A program made the position numbers and the translations under genes. A stretch of DNA of 63,263 nucleotides, filler included, from Dugesia japonica (lineage: Eukaryota): NCBI GenBank assembly GCA_001938525.1. It is 6 parts of 6 records of this genome, joined end to end, with 100 filler letters (N's around TTAATTAATTAA, not from the genome) between each part and the next. Parts side by side here need not be neighbours in the genome. Positions count along the whole stretch, not along the records: positions 9,096 to 22,917 come from MQRL01540673.1; positions 23,018 to 35,529 come from MQRL01595662.1; 4 more parts are not named here. One strand, 5' to 3'. The notes below the pieces were generated by a model. It searched no databases. It was given only the letters and a program-made list of their open reading frames with translations, and was not told where the DNA came from. This document shows, piece after piece, positions 12,621 to 26,074 of the stretch. Positions within the stretch are counted from its first letter, which is position 1. The number at the start of each line of letters is the position of its first letter.

Positions 12621-13574
12621 AAGCGCAACTGATGTAAATTGACCAGTCCCGACATGTCCAAGAAGATTTGTCATAGTTTGATCCATGGGCGTATAAATCA
12701 AACATGTTAATTACTTTTTAATTGTCGTTTATAAGCGTGTTGTAGAAAAATATGCCACAACTCATCAACCGTGTTATACGAGGTTTTGGTGTATATATAT
12801 TGAAAATTCGAGCTGACTTCAACTAACTAAATGCGTTGTTGTTATTTTACACACTTTATTATTATATCTTTCTTGGAAAAAGCAGGTAAACAGACTCGAT
12901 GCCGACAAGAGCTGTAGCTATTGTTACGTACAACCAAACAATGTCAAACTGCTCTTCGAAACCTGAATCTTTCTAATAGATCGTTGCAAATACAAACACT
13001 TGTAAGAGGAAAAGATTTCTATTTTTTTTAGGAATGCATTCGCAATCATTTCGTTCTTAGCTATCGAGAAGACGATTTTGGTTTTTTCGTTACTTTCGTG
13101 AACTGATAAGTGTTTATAAACTATTGAAAAGTTATATTTTTGTGACAAAATCTTCGTTTCGAGAAATTCTAAGTTTTTTGCATATTATCTAATTCGCAAA
13201 TTTGAAAATGTGAAGATGGCAGGGTCTATTGAGAACCGGCAATGTGGAGAGGCCTCGTAAGTAAAATAGCATAGGGCCTACCATTATCTAAATCCGAAAC
13301 TGATTGCACGACAAATTGAATAATAATTTGAACTTTATTGTGGCTGTCCTTTAATTATGTCAACAAAATTTGGAGTTGAAGAAGTTTGACAATTATTGAC
13401 ATAATTAATCAACAGTCCCTTATAAAGTTTAAGTAGAAATATCTAGATTAAATAAAGTTTATAAACATGTAACATAATATCAATTAATACTGAGATAATT
13501 AAAAATTTTTCTATCTAGCAAGGCAATCAATTTTCATGAAACTTTTAATTAATAATTTATAATATAAAACTTAC

Positions 13575-14264
13575 ACTTTTATGCAAATCCATGATATCCT
13601 CATCGATTATTTCGATAATTTCATCAAAATATTTTGTATAAAGAGCTAACTAAATAAATAACTGAATTTATAACTGAAGCACATTTTTATATACTTGAAC
13701 TAAATTATTATGAATTGGAGTTAGTTCCTTATTGTCTTTTTGAAATTTATTTAAACCAGCAATAATAGTTTGAATGCCTTTTAATGGCAATGGACATTGA
13801 GGTATTTTTTTGCAAATTTCTTGAATCATATTTAAAACTAATAATGAACAATAATTTTTTAACATTTTAAATCTCCTTACAAAATTTATAATATGTCCTG
13901 ATTTGATTTTTACAACATCCAGATATAAATTCATTAATTCTATCTAATAAATCATTGAATTCGGGTAATTCTGGTGAATACTGACCTATCTTGTGAAATC
14001 TATGCAAAAACATAATAAAGAATTTACTGATAAATTTATTACAGGACATTAGCATGGACTATGGAATAATCTTTAACATCTAAATCCTGTAAAAGAATAT
14101 CTAAATTTAATAAATGAGTACGAAATAACTCAGAAGTTTCATCAAGCAATGAAGCTATTTCTGAAACATCTAAATTTATTATTAGAAATTTCACAATTTT
14201 AAAATATTATAATCATACTCCCTCTTTGCTTAAAAGCATTGCACAGATTATTAATGGCAAGCAT
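13575..14264 (-). CDS. COPS3: COP9 signalosome subunit 3, 5' exons (14264-14219, 14169-14043, 13999-13881, 13837-13695, 13649-13575)
   Basis: Spliced translation LLNLDILLQDLDVKDYSIVHANVL..PLKGIQTIIAGLNKFQKDNKELTPIHNNLVQLALYTKYF..DEDIMDL matches the CSN3 N-terminus (LDVQEHSL; PLRGI..LTSIHADLCQLCL). GT-AG introns of 43-49 bp keep the frame. Confidence 0.85.
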
Positions 14265-14687
14265 ATTTTCAAAATATTTTTGAAAAAGATAATTAATAAT
14301 AAGATTAAACAAAAGTCCAATTTCTAATACTAAAATGAATAATAAAATATATTTTTCAAATAATAAATGTTCATTATCAATATAGAAAATAATTATTTTA
14401 AATATTTTCATTGTTAAAAAATTGATATAGTTTTGAAATAATTAATTTTGCAGTATAATAAAAAATTATCTTTAGAAATTTAAATTTAAAATTTCTAAAA
14501 ATTTCATTTTGCTATAAATTCAAAATGCTTTCCTGGCATTCATGTTAAAAAGTAATATAATTTCATTTTGTCTAATTATTAATAGTGGCCATATGATTAA
14601 GAGAATACATAGTGTACATGCTTGTTGTTACATTCTGTATTGTATTATTGACTAGGCAGGGTTAGTCAAAATGTGGTTTAGTTGGAT

Positions 14688-14862
14688 AGTAGTGTATACA
14701 TTGAGGAATTATGGTCCCCACCCTCCAGTAGGCCATAAGATAAAACAATCCCATCGAAAATAAGAGGGATGTCATGTAACTGTCAATTGAAAATTGTCCG
14801 GGATTGTCTGATTCTTTAACTTTGGGAGGTGAAGACCATAATTCCCCAATGTATACACTACT
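14688..14862. repeat. 175 bp foldback with AGTAGT termini
   Basis: agtagtgtatacattgaggaattatggtc ... gaccataattccccaatgtatacactact, with an inner IR acaatccc/gggattgt. Confidence 0.85.
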
Positions 14863-15051
14863 CAGAGCTTTATTGAAAACATCATGATTGGTTGATCGTT
14901 GATCGTTGATCTTTTATAAATAAAAATATGTTGGATTAATACTAAATATTTAATATTAGTTATAGATAAAAGGTTTTATTAGTTATTGGTTAATGCTTAG
15001 TAGTTATTGCTTATTGCGTAATGTTTTATTGCTGATATCCATATGGAAGTG

Positions 15052-15340
15052 TTATATATTGAAAGTATCTTTAACAATTGATAGAAAATCATCACTAGAC
15101 ATTTTAGTATAATTAATAAATTTATGTTTATGATTATGTTTATGTTTAGATTTATGTTGAATAGGTTCTTTCTTTTGAATAGGTTTAACTTCAATAGGAT
15201 CTTCAAATCGTTTTATTAAAGAGGAAAATGTTCCATCAACACTTCTATTTTTCTTGTTGTATGGAATATTATACATGTTTAAATATTTTCTTCTTGATTT
15301 TTCATTTAAATTGTATTTCTAGAAAAAACTAGATACATAT
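15052..15340 (-). pseudogene. Small HTH-like protein, copy 3 (5' end interrupted by a solo LTR)
   Basis: VSSFSRKYNLNEKSRRKYLNMYNIPYNKKNRSVDGTF..VKPIQKKEPI, homologous to 17887-18207. Confidence 0.55.
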
Positions 15341-15345
15341 TAATT

Positions 15346-17696
15346 TGTTGGGGTTCCATCTAAGTGGGTTAAAATTAATTTTTGTTTAGGATGGTCTGGT
15401 CTAGTAAAACCCTGCAAAGAATTTGATCTAGTATCACGAAAACTAGATTTTCGGAATAGAGCCGTTGACTCTCAACCCGTAGTTAGTGTACAGACTCGCA
15501 TTCCTTTGGTTTGGGTTCTGATTTCATTATACTCGCTTTAGGCGGTGAAGCGTGCTTCATCCTTATTGTAAATGATGACCACGACAGTATTTCGAATCAT
15601 ATCATTATATCTGGTGGTTATTACCCTCAGGAATATCATCTTAGCAAGCTATCAAAAAGGTATTACGAGAGTTATGTCTATTATTTTTATTAAGATTTAA
15701 TATCGAGGATTATGAAAAAGTGAGTTTATTATCATCATCCTAAGGTTCTGAATTCATAGTTAGAAATCATCAGTATTCATCATGGTAATTAGTTAAGCCT
15801 TACTAACATAAGTTAATATTGATCATTAATCATTATTGACTTACACCCCTACAAGGGTCAGTTATTCAATTATTGCTAAAAACAGGAACTACCCCTATGA
15901 AATAGTCAGAGTTTATTAGAGAAACTCATTATGATTATCAATGTTTATCAATNATTAAGGATCAATTTTATAATTCTTGTGGTCTAGCATTATTACCTAA
16001 TGAATTATTATTAGGAGAAACTACTTATTATTGTCATCATTAACTATTATTATCATACTTATCCCAATTACTATTTTTACGGTTTTAACAGTTTTTACAT
16101 TACTAATTAAGAATTGCTTATTCCTGTCTATCTTAAGAGAAAAGTAAATTTCATATTATAATTATAATTTATCATTAATAAATCATTATAAACGTAAACC
16201 ATTAATTGAACAATTACTATGATAAATGATTTATGGGAAATTTTAATTAATATCCTTAATCAATGGAAATTTATTTACCATTACGTAATGTTTGAATAAT
16301 TACCATTCTATTACAATTACCAAAAGAAATTCGATTACATAAAGTTTTTATTATTATTACTAAAATTCTTTTAAACATTAAATTGTAGAATACATAAATT
16401 ACTAAAGACTTAAGTAAGCCATCGATAGTCCGGATTAAGCACTTGATTGATTTGTAGTTGCTATCGCGATTTTATTGTATATATCCAACTAACGACTGAT
16501 GTTCTTTATTCTATGCATTCGTGTGCAACTATTCATCCACTGTGCACTTGTACGTAACTATTTTATTTTTGTGCATTCGTGCGTAACTATTTATCTTCTG
16601 ATTAATTCAATCGATCATTGATGCATCACTTCGGTCTGTCAATACTCACACACCTGTGAACTACTAGTCACCTTATGATTATTCTTAATATTTATCGCTA
16701 TTTGACATGCAAACTGTTCCCTTTCATTTTCCCACCTGTGCTGTTTTTACCAAGTCGGAAATCGTTGTTGAAAAATAAAAATTAGATAATTTCTTACCGC
16801 TTCAAAATCGATAATTCCAATTGTTAATATTTGGTAGAAATTTTATGATTATTGATGTCTAAAATTAAGCGGTATTTATACTAAATTTCAGCACGCCTTC
16901 TATCGTCTCATTGGCCAATGCACATGCTCTGATTTTAATTGTGTTTTCCTTGGACAAGATACTCAAATTCTGTCACCTGACTTCTTATTATTAGACAAAC
17001 CTTTGGAATTCCAAAATTAGTGGAATTTGATTGGTTAATTTTAAAATCCTTACAACTTCTTTCTTGATCTAGCCACGGTCTTCTGGTTTAAATTTTTGAA
17101 ATCTCTGATTTTTTTCTTAACTATAACTTTCTTTATTACTAATTTTTGTCTTAACTTTAAGCTTTTATTTTTCGATATTTCTGTATAAATTAAATTTCTT
17201 TTTTATAATAAATTATTTTAATTCATATAATTTATTTTATTAATAAAATAAATAATTTATTTTCTTTTCTTCTTAATTTACTAATTGGATTGTCGATCTT
17301 CATTTTTAAATTGAATATAAATTTTATTCCGCCGTTTTCTTTTAATAATTAATTCGTTAAATTATTTTTCTTTTTCTTCGATTATTATTTTCATTTGGTT
17401 TTCTTTATTTCACCTAATGAATTGATCGCTTGGTTATTGTTTGTAATTTCTTTGTTTTCTCTATCTGTTGATAGTTTTTTTCGTTTCTTTTCTTTTCATT
17501 TACTAAATTATTCCTTTTTTTCTAGCATTTTTTAGTTATGGCACAGGTTTTAATTTTCTTCTCATTTCTTCTCCAACTAATTTTTCCCGACCATTTATCA
17601 GCTAGATTCTTTCTTTCTCTTTTTCATGTACTTTTCTCAACTTCTGTCTTACTCATCGCCATTATTATTTCTTATGCTAGGTGTTTTACCCTAACA
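15346..17696 (-). mobile_element. Long solo-LTR-like element (~2.35 kb)
   Basis: Ends TGTTGGGG...CCCTAACA, flanks AATT/GATT. The minus strand has CCAAT and TATAAATA at ~16870-16920. Both ends and the promoter block are homologous to 59812-61427. Confidence 0.7.
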
Positions 17697-17886
17697 GATT
17701 GATAAAATCATAAGAAGATAAAATTTGATAACATTTAAAATCTGTGGTATTCATTTTGTTGCATTAATAATTTGACCTTGTTACCATACCTATAATTACC
17801 TTATTTTACAGTACAAATAAAATTTTCTATTTCTTTGAAAAAATCTTCATTTGCTGTGAAGGAATTATTTTCAGAAATAGGTAATG

Positions 17887-18207
17887 TTACATCTTTATGT
17901 TAATGTTTTTAGGTTTAGTTAGACGTTTAATTGGTTTCTCTTGAGTAGGTTTAACTTGAGTAGATCTTATTAAAAAAAATGTAAATCTTCCATTAAAAGT
18001 ACGTTTTTGTTTAATAGTTCTTGTTTGTTTATTATATGGAATATTAAGTAGATTTAAATATTTTGTTATTATTTTAACACATATTCCATGTTTTCTAGAA
18101 AAACTAATTAGAGAATTATTAATAAAATTATAACTCTTGAGAAGCTCATGAAACTCTTCTTCCTTTAAAAAATAAATTAAAAGACATTTAAATAATAAAT
18201 ATTTCAT
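17887..18207 (-). CDS. Small HTH-like protein, copy 2
   Basis: LLKSYNFINNSLISFSRKHGICVKIITKYLNLLNIPYNKQTRTIKQKRTFNGRF. Divergent from the capsid copy 2 cluster. Confidence 0.6.
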   Translation of the reverse strand: MKYLLFKCLLIYFLKEEEFHELLKSYNFINNSLISFSRKHGICVKIITKYLNLLNIPYNKQTRTIKQKRTFNGRFTFFLIRSTQVKPTQEKPIKRLTKPKNINIKM

Positions 18208-18934
18208 GTTCCGTGTTCCGTTTTCCGTATTCAGTTTACAGCTCAGTTTTTTTGTTCGGTTTTCAGTTCTGCGTATAGTTTACTATATACAATTCGGTTT
18301 TTAGATTACAGTTTCTTATATTTTGTCTAGAGAAAATGGCAAGAAAAGAATTAACATTAAACACGTTATACAATTCAATAAAAAGATTAGGGAAAACTTG
18401 AACAGTTTGGTATGAAAGAAATTCAAGGATTTACTAAATGTGAAATAACAGCTAATAAATACATTTCAATTTTAAATATTATGAGTGAACAAATGGTCAA
18501 GTATCAAAGTATTGTGAAATTGATTGTTATAAACGTATGTTTAGTTTTTTAAACAATGAAAATAAAAACAATGCTGTAATTATTAAAGAGTTATATGAAC
18601 AATTACAAAAAGAACGAGATGAACAATATAAACTAAGACAACATACAATTAAAACGAAAAAGAAAATATTGATGAAGTAATGTCCCTAAATATAACCTTT
18701 TATATACCAGATGATGAAGATGATTTATTAACAGAAAGTGAATATAAAAATATAGCTAATATTATATTGAAAAATAATAAATTACAAAACAGGAAGAACA
18801 ACCTTTTAAGATGTTCCCAAAAAATACGAAGATAAAGTAAAATGTATTAGCGCAGCAAAAAAAGATTATATAGAATTAAAAGTTAAATAAAGTAAATCTA
18901 CAATATAGGGCTCGTCATAATAATCCAATAGAAA

Positions 18935-19480
18935 ATGGAGTTAGAAGCGAATAGTAAATATCTTCACTTTCAAAAAAAAGATCTTTTGAAAATTAGTCCT
19001 ACTAGTGGTTCGATGGTAAATTTATATAAATCAAGTAAAATACAATTCCAATCATTATAATCTACTAATCCATTGGATATAGGAAAAAGTATGTTGTATA
19101 TCAAGAGTGAAATAAAATATACTACAAAACTAAATAAAGATGTAACCCTTGCAAATGATTGGTTTCCTAGTTGGTTTAGTAGCATGAGATTAAAACTTGT
19201 ATCTACAACAATTGAAAGTATAGAGAACCCTGGAACAGTTTCTACAATGTTGAATTTAATTTTACATCATGAATCTTCAAAAGCATTTACAAATGCATAT
19301 GGATAGATTCCTGATCATGATTTAGGAACAGTTGATGATAAAAACTTCAATAAAAGAAAGGAACTTTATTCACAAAGATATGAAGGTTATTATTCTCTTA
19401 GAAATTTGTTTGGTTTTTTACAGAATTATAATAAATTACTATTTAATCTTTTATTCAGTTGGATTTTAATATAAATAAAC
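18935..19480 (+). pseudogene. Double-jelly-roll major capsid protein copy 2, N-terminal half
   Basis: MELEANSKYLHFQKKDLLKISPTSGSM..FQSL*STNPLDIGKSMLY..LANDWFPSWFSSMRLKL..NPGTVSTMLN..YEGYYSLRNLFGF aligns with the 775-2004 capsid. Truncated by the Gypsy insertion. Confidence 0.8.
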
Positions 19481-19485
19481 GAGAT

Positions 19486-22400
19486 TGTAAGGATTCAAAA
19501 TTTAAAATTGCAATTTAAAGTTTGAAGAAAAAAATGTTAAAAAAGATTTCAATAAATTTTTAAAAATATTAAAAAACTTTGTTTAAATATTCAGCCTTTA
19601 AAAAACAGTTTTTTTAGATTTGAAGATTTGAAATTTCATAAATAAATCTTTTTTAAATTTAATGGACTTTTCAGAAACTTTATCAGTAATTAATATGGCG
19701 ACCAACGCTTCAATTGACTTCATTTGAGAAGCTCCACACCCTGGTATTTACCGGCATGTTGAAGATATTGAACAGTTTATTAATGGTTCCACCAAATACT
19801 TCGAATGTATTGGTGTAAAGAAAAAGGATAAAAACTTCTTGATGATTGGCTTAATTGATCGAGAATTAAGACAAAAATATAAATGCCAAGATGAATTATT
19901 AGATTTTGAGGACCGACAGAGAAAAACGTTCCACAAAAAGACTTCTCTCATACAAGACTTGGAGAAAGCTTTAAAATACAAGAGAACGGATGAACGCGTT
20001 TATGTGTACAAAAAATGATTTTAACACTGGTTGATAAAATCTTTTCTCACAAACTAGACAAAGAATAGATGACAAAAGAATTAATATTCAATAGATGCCA
20101 CGATAAAAGGATGCAAATAAAAATTAAAGAAAGCAAATTAGCCAACTCGGAAGAGATATTTGAAACAATGAAAACAAATGATGAACTAAAGTAGGAACTA
20201 AAAGAAACGGACAATATAAATACGGTAGAGAGTTACACCAATGCAGTAAAAGAAAGCATGATAAAAGAACGTTTCTCAATAGTTAACCGAACTCAAAATG
20301 AAACTAAAAAAGAAATTACATGTTGGTCATGTCTGAAGATAGGTCATATCAGCAGAGGTTGACCCGAAAAGAAAGGAATGTGTTACGCATGCGGATCAGA
20401 GAATCATATAAGAAGAAATTGTGACAAAATTAGATATTCAAGATGTGAAAAAATGGACATCATACAGAACAATGTTATACTAATTTGGAAAAAAGAGGTA
20501 AATAGACTAATGATAGAAGACTTCAGAATAACAAAGAAAGAAACGAATCAGCATTATACAGCCGAAGAGAGGGAACAAACAAAAAATAGGACGATAATAA
20601 CAGATTCCCGAAACAAAAAAGGATGACATCAACCAATATTGAATTCAGGGAAAGAGACGGCAATAGAGATACAAATGCAATGGTAGAAGAAGATAAGGAA
20701 TACATTATGAGGAGATAATATTTATTATTACGATGAAGAGACAAACAGATATAGAGAAGAGACCCCAAACAGACAAGCTCTATCTAAAATCAAGATGATT
20801 GGAGCAATGAAATTAAAAACAATTCAGATCGCGATATACTTATGTAAAGTAAAAGTAGTTTAATTAATAGTATAAAACATGAAAGTAAAGAGGAAAGAGT
20901 AGACAGAAAAGTTTATGCGTTTTTAAGAAAAATTACAGATATATGTATAATACAGATATCAAGACAATGTAAGAAACAAGAAATGATGATAACAGAATAA
21001 TGGTATTAGAAGAGAATAAACAAGTACAAACAAATTATGATAGAACGCAAGGTAGGCCCAGTTTAGAAGTTAGAATTCAAGGAAGATATATGGACTGCCT
21101 TTTTGACACAGGTGCAAAAATAAACGTGATGAATCTAAATATATTTAGAAGTCTTACAAATGTGGAGCTGATAGAAGCTGATGACGTGTTAAAATGTGCA
21201 AATAATAGCAGTATAAACCTTGTGGGCGAGATATATATAGAAGTGAAAATCGGAGACAGTAAAAAAATAGTTCATTTCACCGTAGTGGAAGAAATGAGTC
21301 CGAATCTTGTTGGAGGAATAGACATGCCATGCCAGTTTGGATACCGTTTAAAGAAAGAAACAAAGGATGGTGAAAATGAACAGTAGATCTGTAACATAGA
21401 CGCAAGGTTTGGTCGCAAAATTGAGGATTTTGAAAGAGAACAGAGAGCTTTAAGAATTTTGATGAAAAAACGAGACCAGAAACTAGAAAAAGGTAATAGA
21501 ACAACATCGAGGAGTATTCATGGCAGATAACTGGTATGTCGGATGCACAATAGAGGTAGAACACAAAATAGTGAAAAAGGATAACACAATAAATACGAAG
21601 CTTTGAAGACAACCAATGAATCAAGAAGAAAAAATGGATACGCCACAAAAAATTTAGCGGACGCTAATATTATAAAAAAATGTAATTCGCAGTGGAATAC
21701 ACCACTGAGTTGCGTCTGAAGAAAGAACGAAAGGATGTGAGACTTTGCTTGAACTTCAGGAAACTGAACGCAGTTACGGAACGACATACCTTACCTATGT
21801 TAAACAAGGAAGAAATGTTAAACAATTTGTATGGATCTAAATATTTCAGTACCATAGACTTGGGAAACACGTATTAACAGGTACAGTTAAAAAAAGAATC
21901 ACAAGAAAAAACAGCCTTTTCGACAAAAATGATAAACATTGCTTCACAAAAATGCCAGTCGGCATAGCAGCAGGTACATTTCAAGAGCTTATGACGAAAG
22001 GATTGAACGGTCTAGATAGAACAATGGTGTATATGGATGACATAATAGTATTCTCAGAACTACTAAAGAGCATTATTTAACTCTGGGTCAGGTATTAGAG
22101 CTGATTCAAAATGCAGGGCTGTGAGTGAATCCAAAAACATGTCACCTATTACGCAAAAAAGTAAAGGTTCTTGGTTACATAATAGATAAAGAAGTAATTC
22201 AAATAGATCCAATGAAAATCGTAGCAATCAAGAATTTTGAGAAACCCAAATGTGTAAAGAGCCTGAGAAGCTTCCTTAAAATATGCAATTATTACAGAAG
22301 ATTCATCAACAATTATTTAAAGAAATCAAGAAGCCTAGAAAAATTATGTGGAAGCAACAACATCAAGTTAATATGGTCAGAAGGATTTGAGAAAGATTTA

Positions 22401-22853
22401 GCAGAAATGAAACAAGCACTGAAAGAAGCACCTATTCTAGAATTCCTGGATATAAAGAAAACATTTACTTTAGATACTGACGCCAGCTTCGACGCAATAG
22501 GAGTGATCCTATCACAAAATGATGATGAAGGAAGAGAAAAAGCTATTGCATACTGTTCGCATGCAATGAAATCACATGAGAATGGTTACTGTATCACACG
22601 GAAGGAATTACTAGCAATCTACTACTTCTGCAATCACTTTATACATTATTTATATTGAAAAAAATTCATAATGAGGACAGATCACAAAAGCATAGTATTC
22701 ATGAAAAAGACGAAAAAACTGATAACACCTCAGTTTCAGACATGGATGAATTACCTTAGCAGCTTATACAAAAAAATCATATATCGACAAAGTAAGAAAC
22801 ACGCTGATGCAGATATGCTTTCAAGAATAAAATACGGAACGTGCACTCTGTGA
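19486..22853 (+). mobile_element. Ty3/Gypsy LTR retrotransposon (gag, protease, RT, RNase H), decayed
   Basis: PBS-like tggcgacc at ~19696, CCHC knuckles (CYACGSENHIRRNC), protease LFDTGA, RT CLNFRKLN / IDLG / YMDDI, RNase H LDTDAS, ELLAI, TDHK, ADMLSR. Confidence 0.93.
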
Positions 22854-23017
22854 GGTAAATTAAATAGACAGATTGATTCGGGGAATTTTTTTGTGGCAAA
22901 TCAATAAAAGAATAATANNNNNNNNNNNNNNNNNNNNNNNNNNNNNNNNNNNNNNNNNNNNTTAATTAATTAANNNNNNNNNNNNNNNNNNNNNNNNNNN
23001 NNNNNNNNNNNNNNNNN

Positions 23018-23480
23018 GCATTAGAAGCAGAGAATAAGCAATTACTACAGCGAAAAATTGAATTTCTAAAACAATATATTGCAGACTTATCGAGGCAGAT
23101 AGGCAACCCTAATACCATGCAGTGGGACGACGATGAGGATATCGCTGCATTCAATTTTGTGATAACGTCCCCGAACCAGTGGCTCGATCCAGGAGCATTG
23201 GATCTCTTTTAAATATGTTTACTTTTAATAAAAATTTTTTTTATCAGAGTTGCAATTTCTTTTATTTGGTGATAACAATAAGGGAAAAATAGTGAACCCG
23301 AAATAAAGGTTTATCGGCGTGTACCTTCCATTAAGAGCAAGGTCAACCGCCAAAAACTGAAAACCTACCACAGGGACGGTAGGGTAAATTCTTGAAAGGG
23401 TTCCCCTGAGGGCTGTTTTCCCCAGCCACCTTTTCGTGTCACCTAACTCAGGTGGGACCCCAACAACTATACAAAACTCT
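23018..23480 (+). pseudogene. Unknown two-ORF cassette, homologous to 29994-30460
   Basis: ALEAENKQLLQRKIEFLKQYIADLSRQIGNP..QWLDPGALDL matches KQLLQRKIDFLKQYISDLSRQLGNP..QWLDPGALDEL on the minus strand at 30290-30460. Confidence 0.6.
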
Positions 23481-26074
23481 CAAATTACCGGCACGAAAAT
23501 TTTTTTTAAATTAACCCAAGAAAAATGCTATAATACACTCTACTATCGAAGATAAATAAATTGTATTAGTAACGTATCGAAGTGAATGTGTATAATTAAA
23601 TGGAAATATATTTATAGACTATATTAACCAAATAAATTTTACGACAAACATTGTTAAAAACTACCATGTAGAGTTGTAAGTATGATGTCAAACTATTTAC
23701 ACGATTATATATACTAATGCTTCATTGCCAAATCTCCGATGAACTATGTTCACAGTGTAAAACGAAACACATATATACTAAAATGATTTAGATCAAACTT
23801 TGAATTTTAAGAAAAATATTAAAATTAGTTGGAACAAAGACTCAAATTTTAACGAAATTTAAAAGTATCTATTTAGCAAAATTATGAAATGCTCAAAAAT
23901 CTNNNNNNNCAGTTATCTGTATAAAAGTATATAAAACTTAAAAATTATTCATGAAATACTTGCTAAGGAAGACAATAATTAATTTTAGCAACAATAAATT
24001 GTACTGATGAATTAGTAATAATGATACACAACGATTTATGGAGGAAAAAAAAATTTTCATTATCTTAAGGATAACTTTTTTTGGCCATCAATGATGAAAC
24101 ACTGATTCCTAGATATAGCCATAATTTTCTAAGAGTTAATTTTATTTTGTATTAATAATTAAACTATAGAATTTTTAAAAATTCTGATAAGACTAATTAA
24201 CATTTTCAAACCATTGTTAACTACAAAAGGTTTGAAAAAATCATCGAATTTCAAGCATTTTTAGAAACATATTTTATTATTTCTTTTTTTTGTATTAGCC
24301 ATTTTCTATACAATTATCTTTTCTTTCAAATAAAATTAAAAGAAAATACACATATACAGAACCTGATTTTATTGCAACTATTATGCAATCTGATAAATGC
24401 GATTATTTGCAGTGGATTTTTTGGGTTCTGGCCCATTAATTGATAGTTTTAGAATTGACCAGGCTATTATCACTTTCANTATCTTTTATTACCTTTTTTA
24501 ATTAAATTTTTAGGTGTATTAATAATCTTTTTGAGTTATTTATATTTTCTGATTAACTGAATTAAATTTAAAATTAATTCCACTTATAACAATTTATTTT
24601 AGTTTGTCTTAAGCTACATCATTATTCCATAAAAATTCGATTTTTATAAGCACTTTTTCCATATTTATAAGCCCTGTTTTTCATTCTAATAATTTGTGTA
24701 AATAATAATAATAAGTGTAAAATTATAAAATATTTAAAAATAGATAACTGTTAAAATATTTTTAAGATATTTTTGTAAAAAAGATTTAAATTCATACATA
24801 TTTAATTCTTTATTAAAATTATATACTATGCCTGGAAGTGATTTATCTGAAGATGATAATCTAGAATTTGAACCAAATAATTGTGAGGAAAAGTTAAAGT
24901 TAAAGATGAAAATCAGTTGTTTAAATAATAATTTAAAATGATTTACAAATAGATAATTAGAAATCGAGTATTGAAATTAACATTAAGCTGAGTAGAAAAT
25001 AATTAGATTATTTATTCATTGGTTTGTGAATTGTGATCTGGACAGTTTTTATTCATTGAATTGCGAATTGTGAACTGGACTTTATTCATTTATTGAATTG
25101 TTGTCTGTAATTTAGTGTTATTGTAAATTTATTATTTTAAGTGTAACGTTGTAATTTTTAATTGTTATTATATTATTGAGCTTATTGTTAATCCTTTATA
25201 TATATAACTAATATCTTAATTGTAATATTTATAAAATTATCATTTAATAATAATTTATTTGTCAATAACCTTTTGAGTTTACTTTTTCCTCACAAGACGT
25301 TGAGTGATGCACTGACATCTCGCAATAATAACGGAAGATCGATTAAATTATGATTCCTGTACGAATTCATTTCTACTAGGAACTAACTAATTGAGTAAAT
25401 TGTTCATGGGATAAAATCACAAATATATGTGGTACCAATCCACTTCGAGCAGAATATATTTAGATAAAGACTGTCCATTTAAAGAAAGTGTCATTGCCAA
25501 ATACGATTGATTCAGTCATTTAATTAATGGAAAATGTGAATTGAGATTCTAAATTTAAATTTTAGAGTTACTGGATGTTCCAGGAAATGATGGCTGTTTT
25601 TGAATAAATAACAATTTTATTATTAATCGATTTTGAAAGGAATTCACCATGCAATTATTTCGTTTCAATATATTCTTGGAAAAAAAGAATTTTCAGTTGC
25701 AATTAATATAAACCCTGTTTTATTTTCGAAAAAACGCTATATAAATTAATTATAAATTAAGAAATAATAGTTAATTAATTTTAATTATGAATTTTAAAAA
25801 ATTTTGTTTGGGCATACTTGTTTAATTATTAACGCTAGAGGAAAACAGTGTCATTTATTGAACAAATAACATTGTTAAATACTCAGTAGATTTTACAAGA
25901 GAATTAGCAGTTACTTGATTTGGGTCAGCATCTTTCTTTCAAGAATTCTACATTGCAGTGGCAAGATCAGCACAGATCAATAAAAAATGGCTTAATGTGT
26001 CTTAATTGTGATATGCAATGAACCCTGAATTATTGTGGAGAATTAATATTGATGCTACTGCTCTCATTTATGCT

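Noticed and set aside
12924-13302. Possible hAT 3' fragment
   Set aside because: Only a hAT-like end (taaatccgaaactg) is visible, with no convincing transposase motif.
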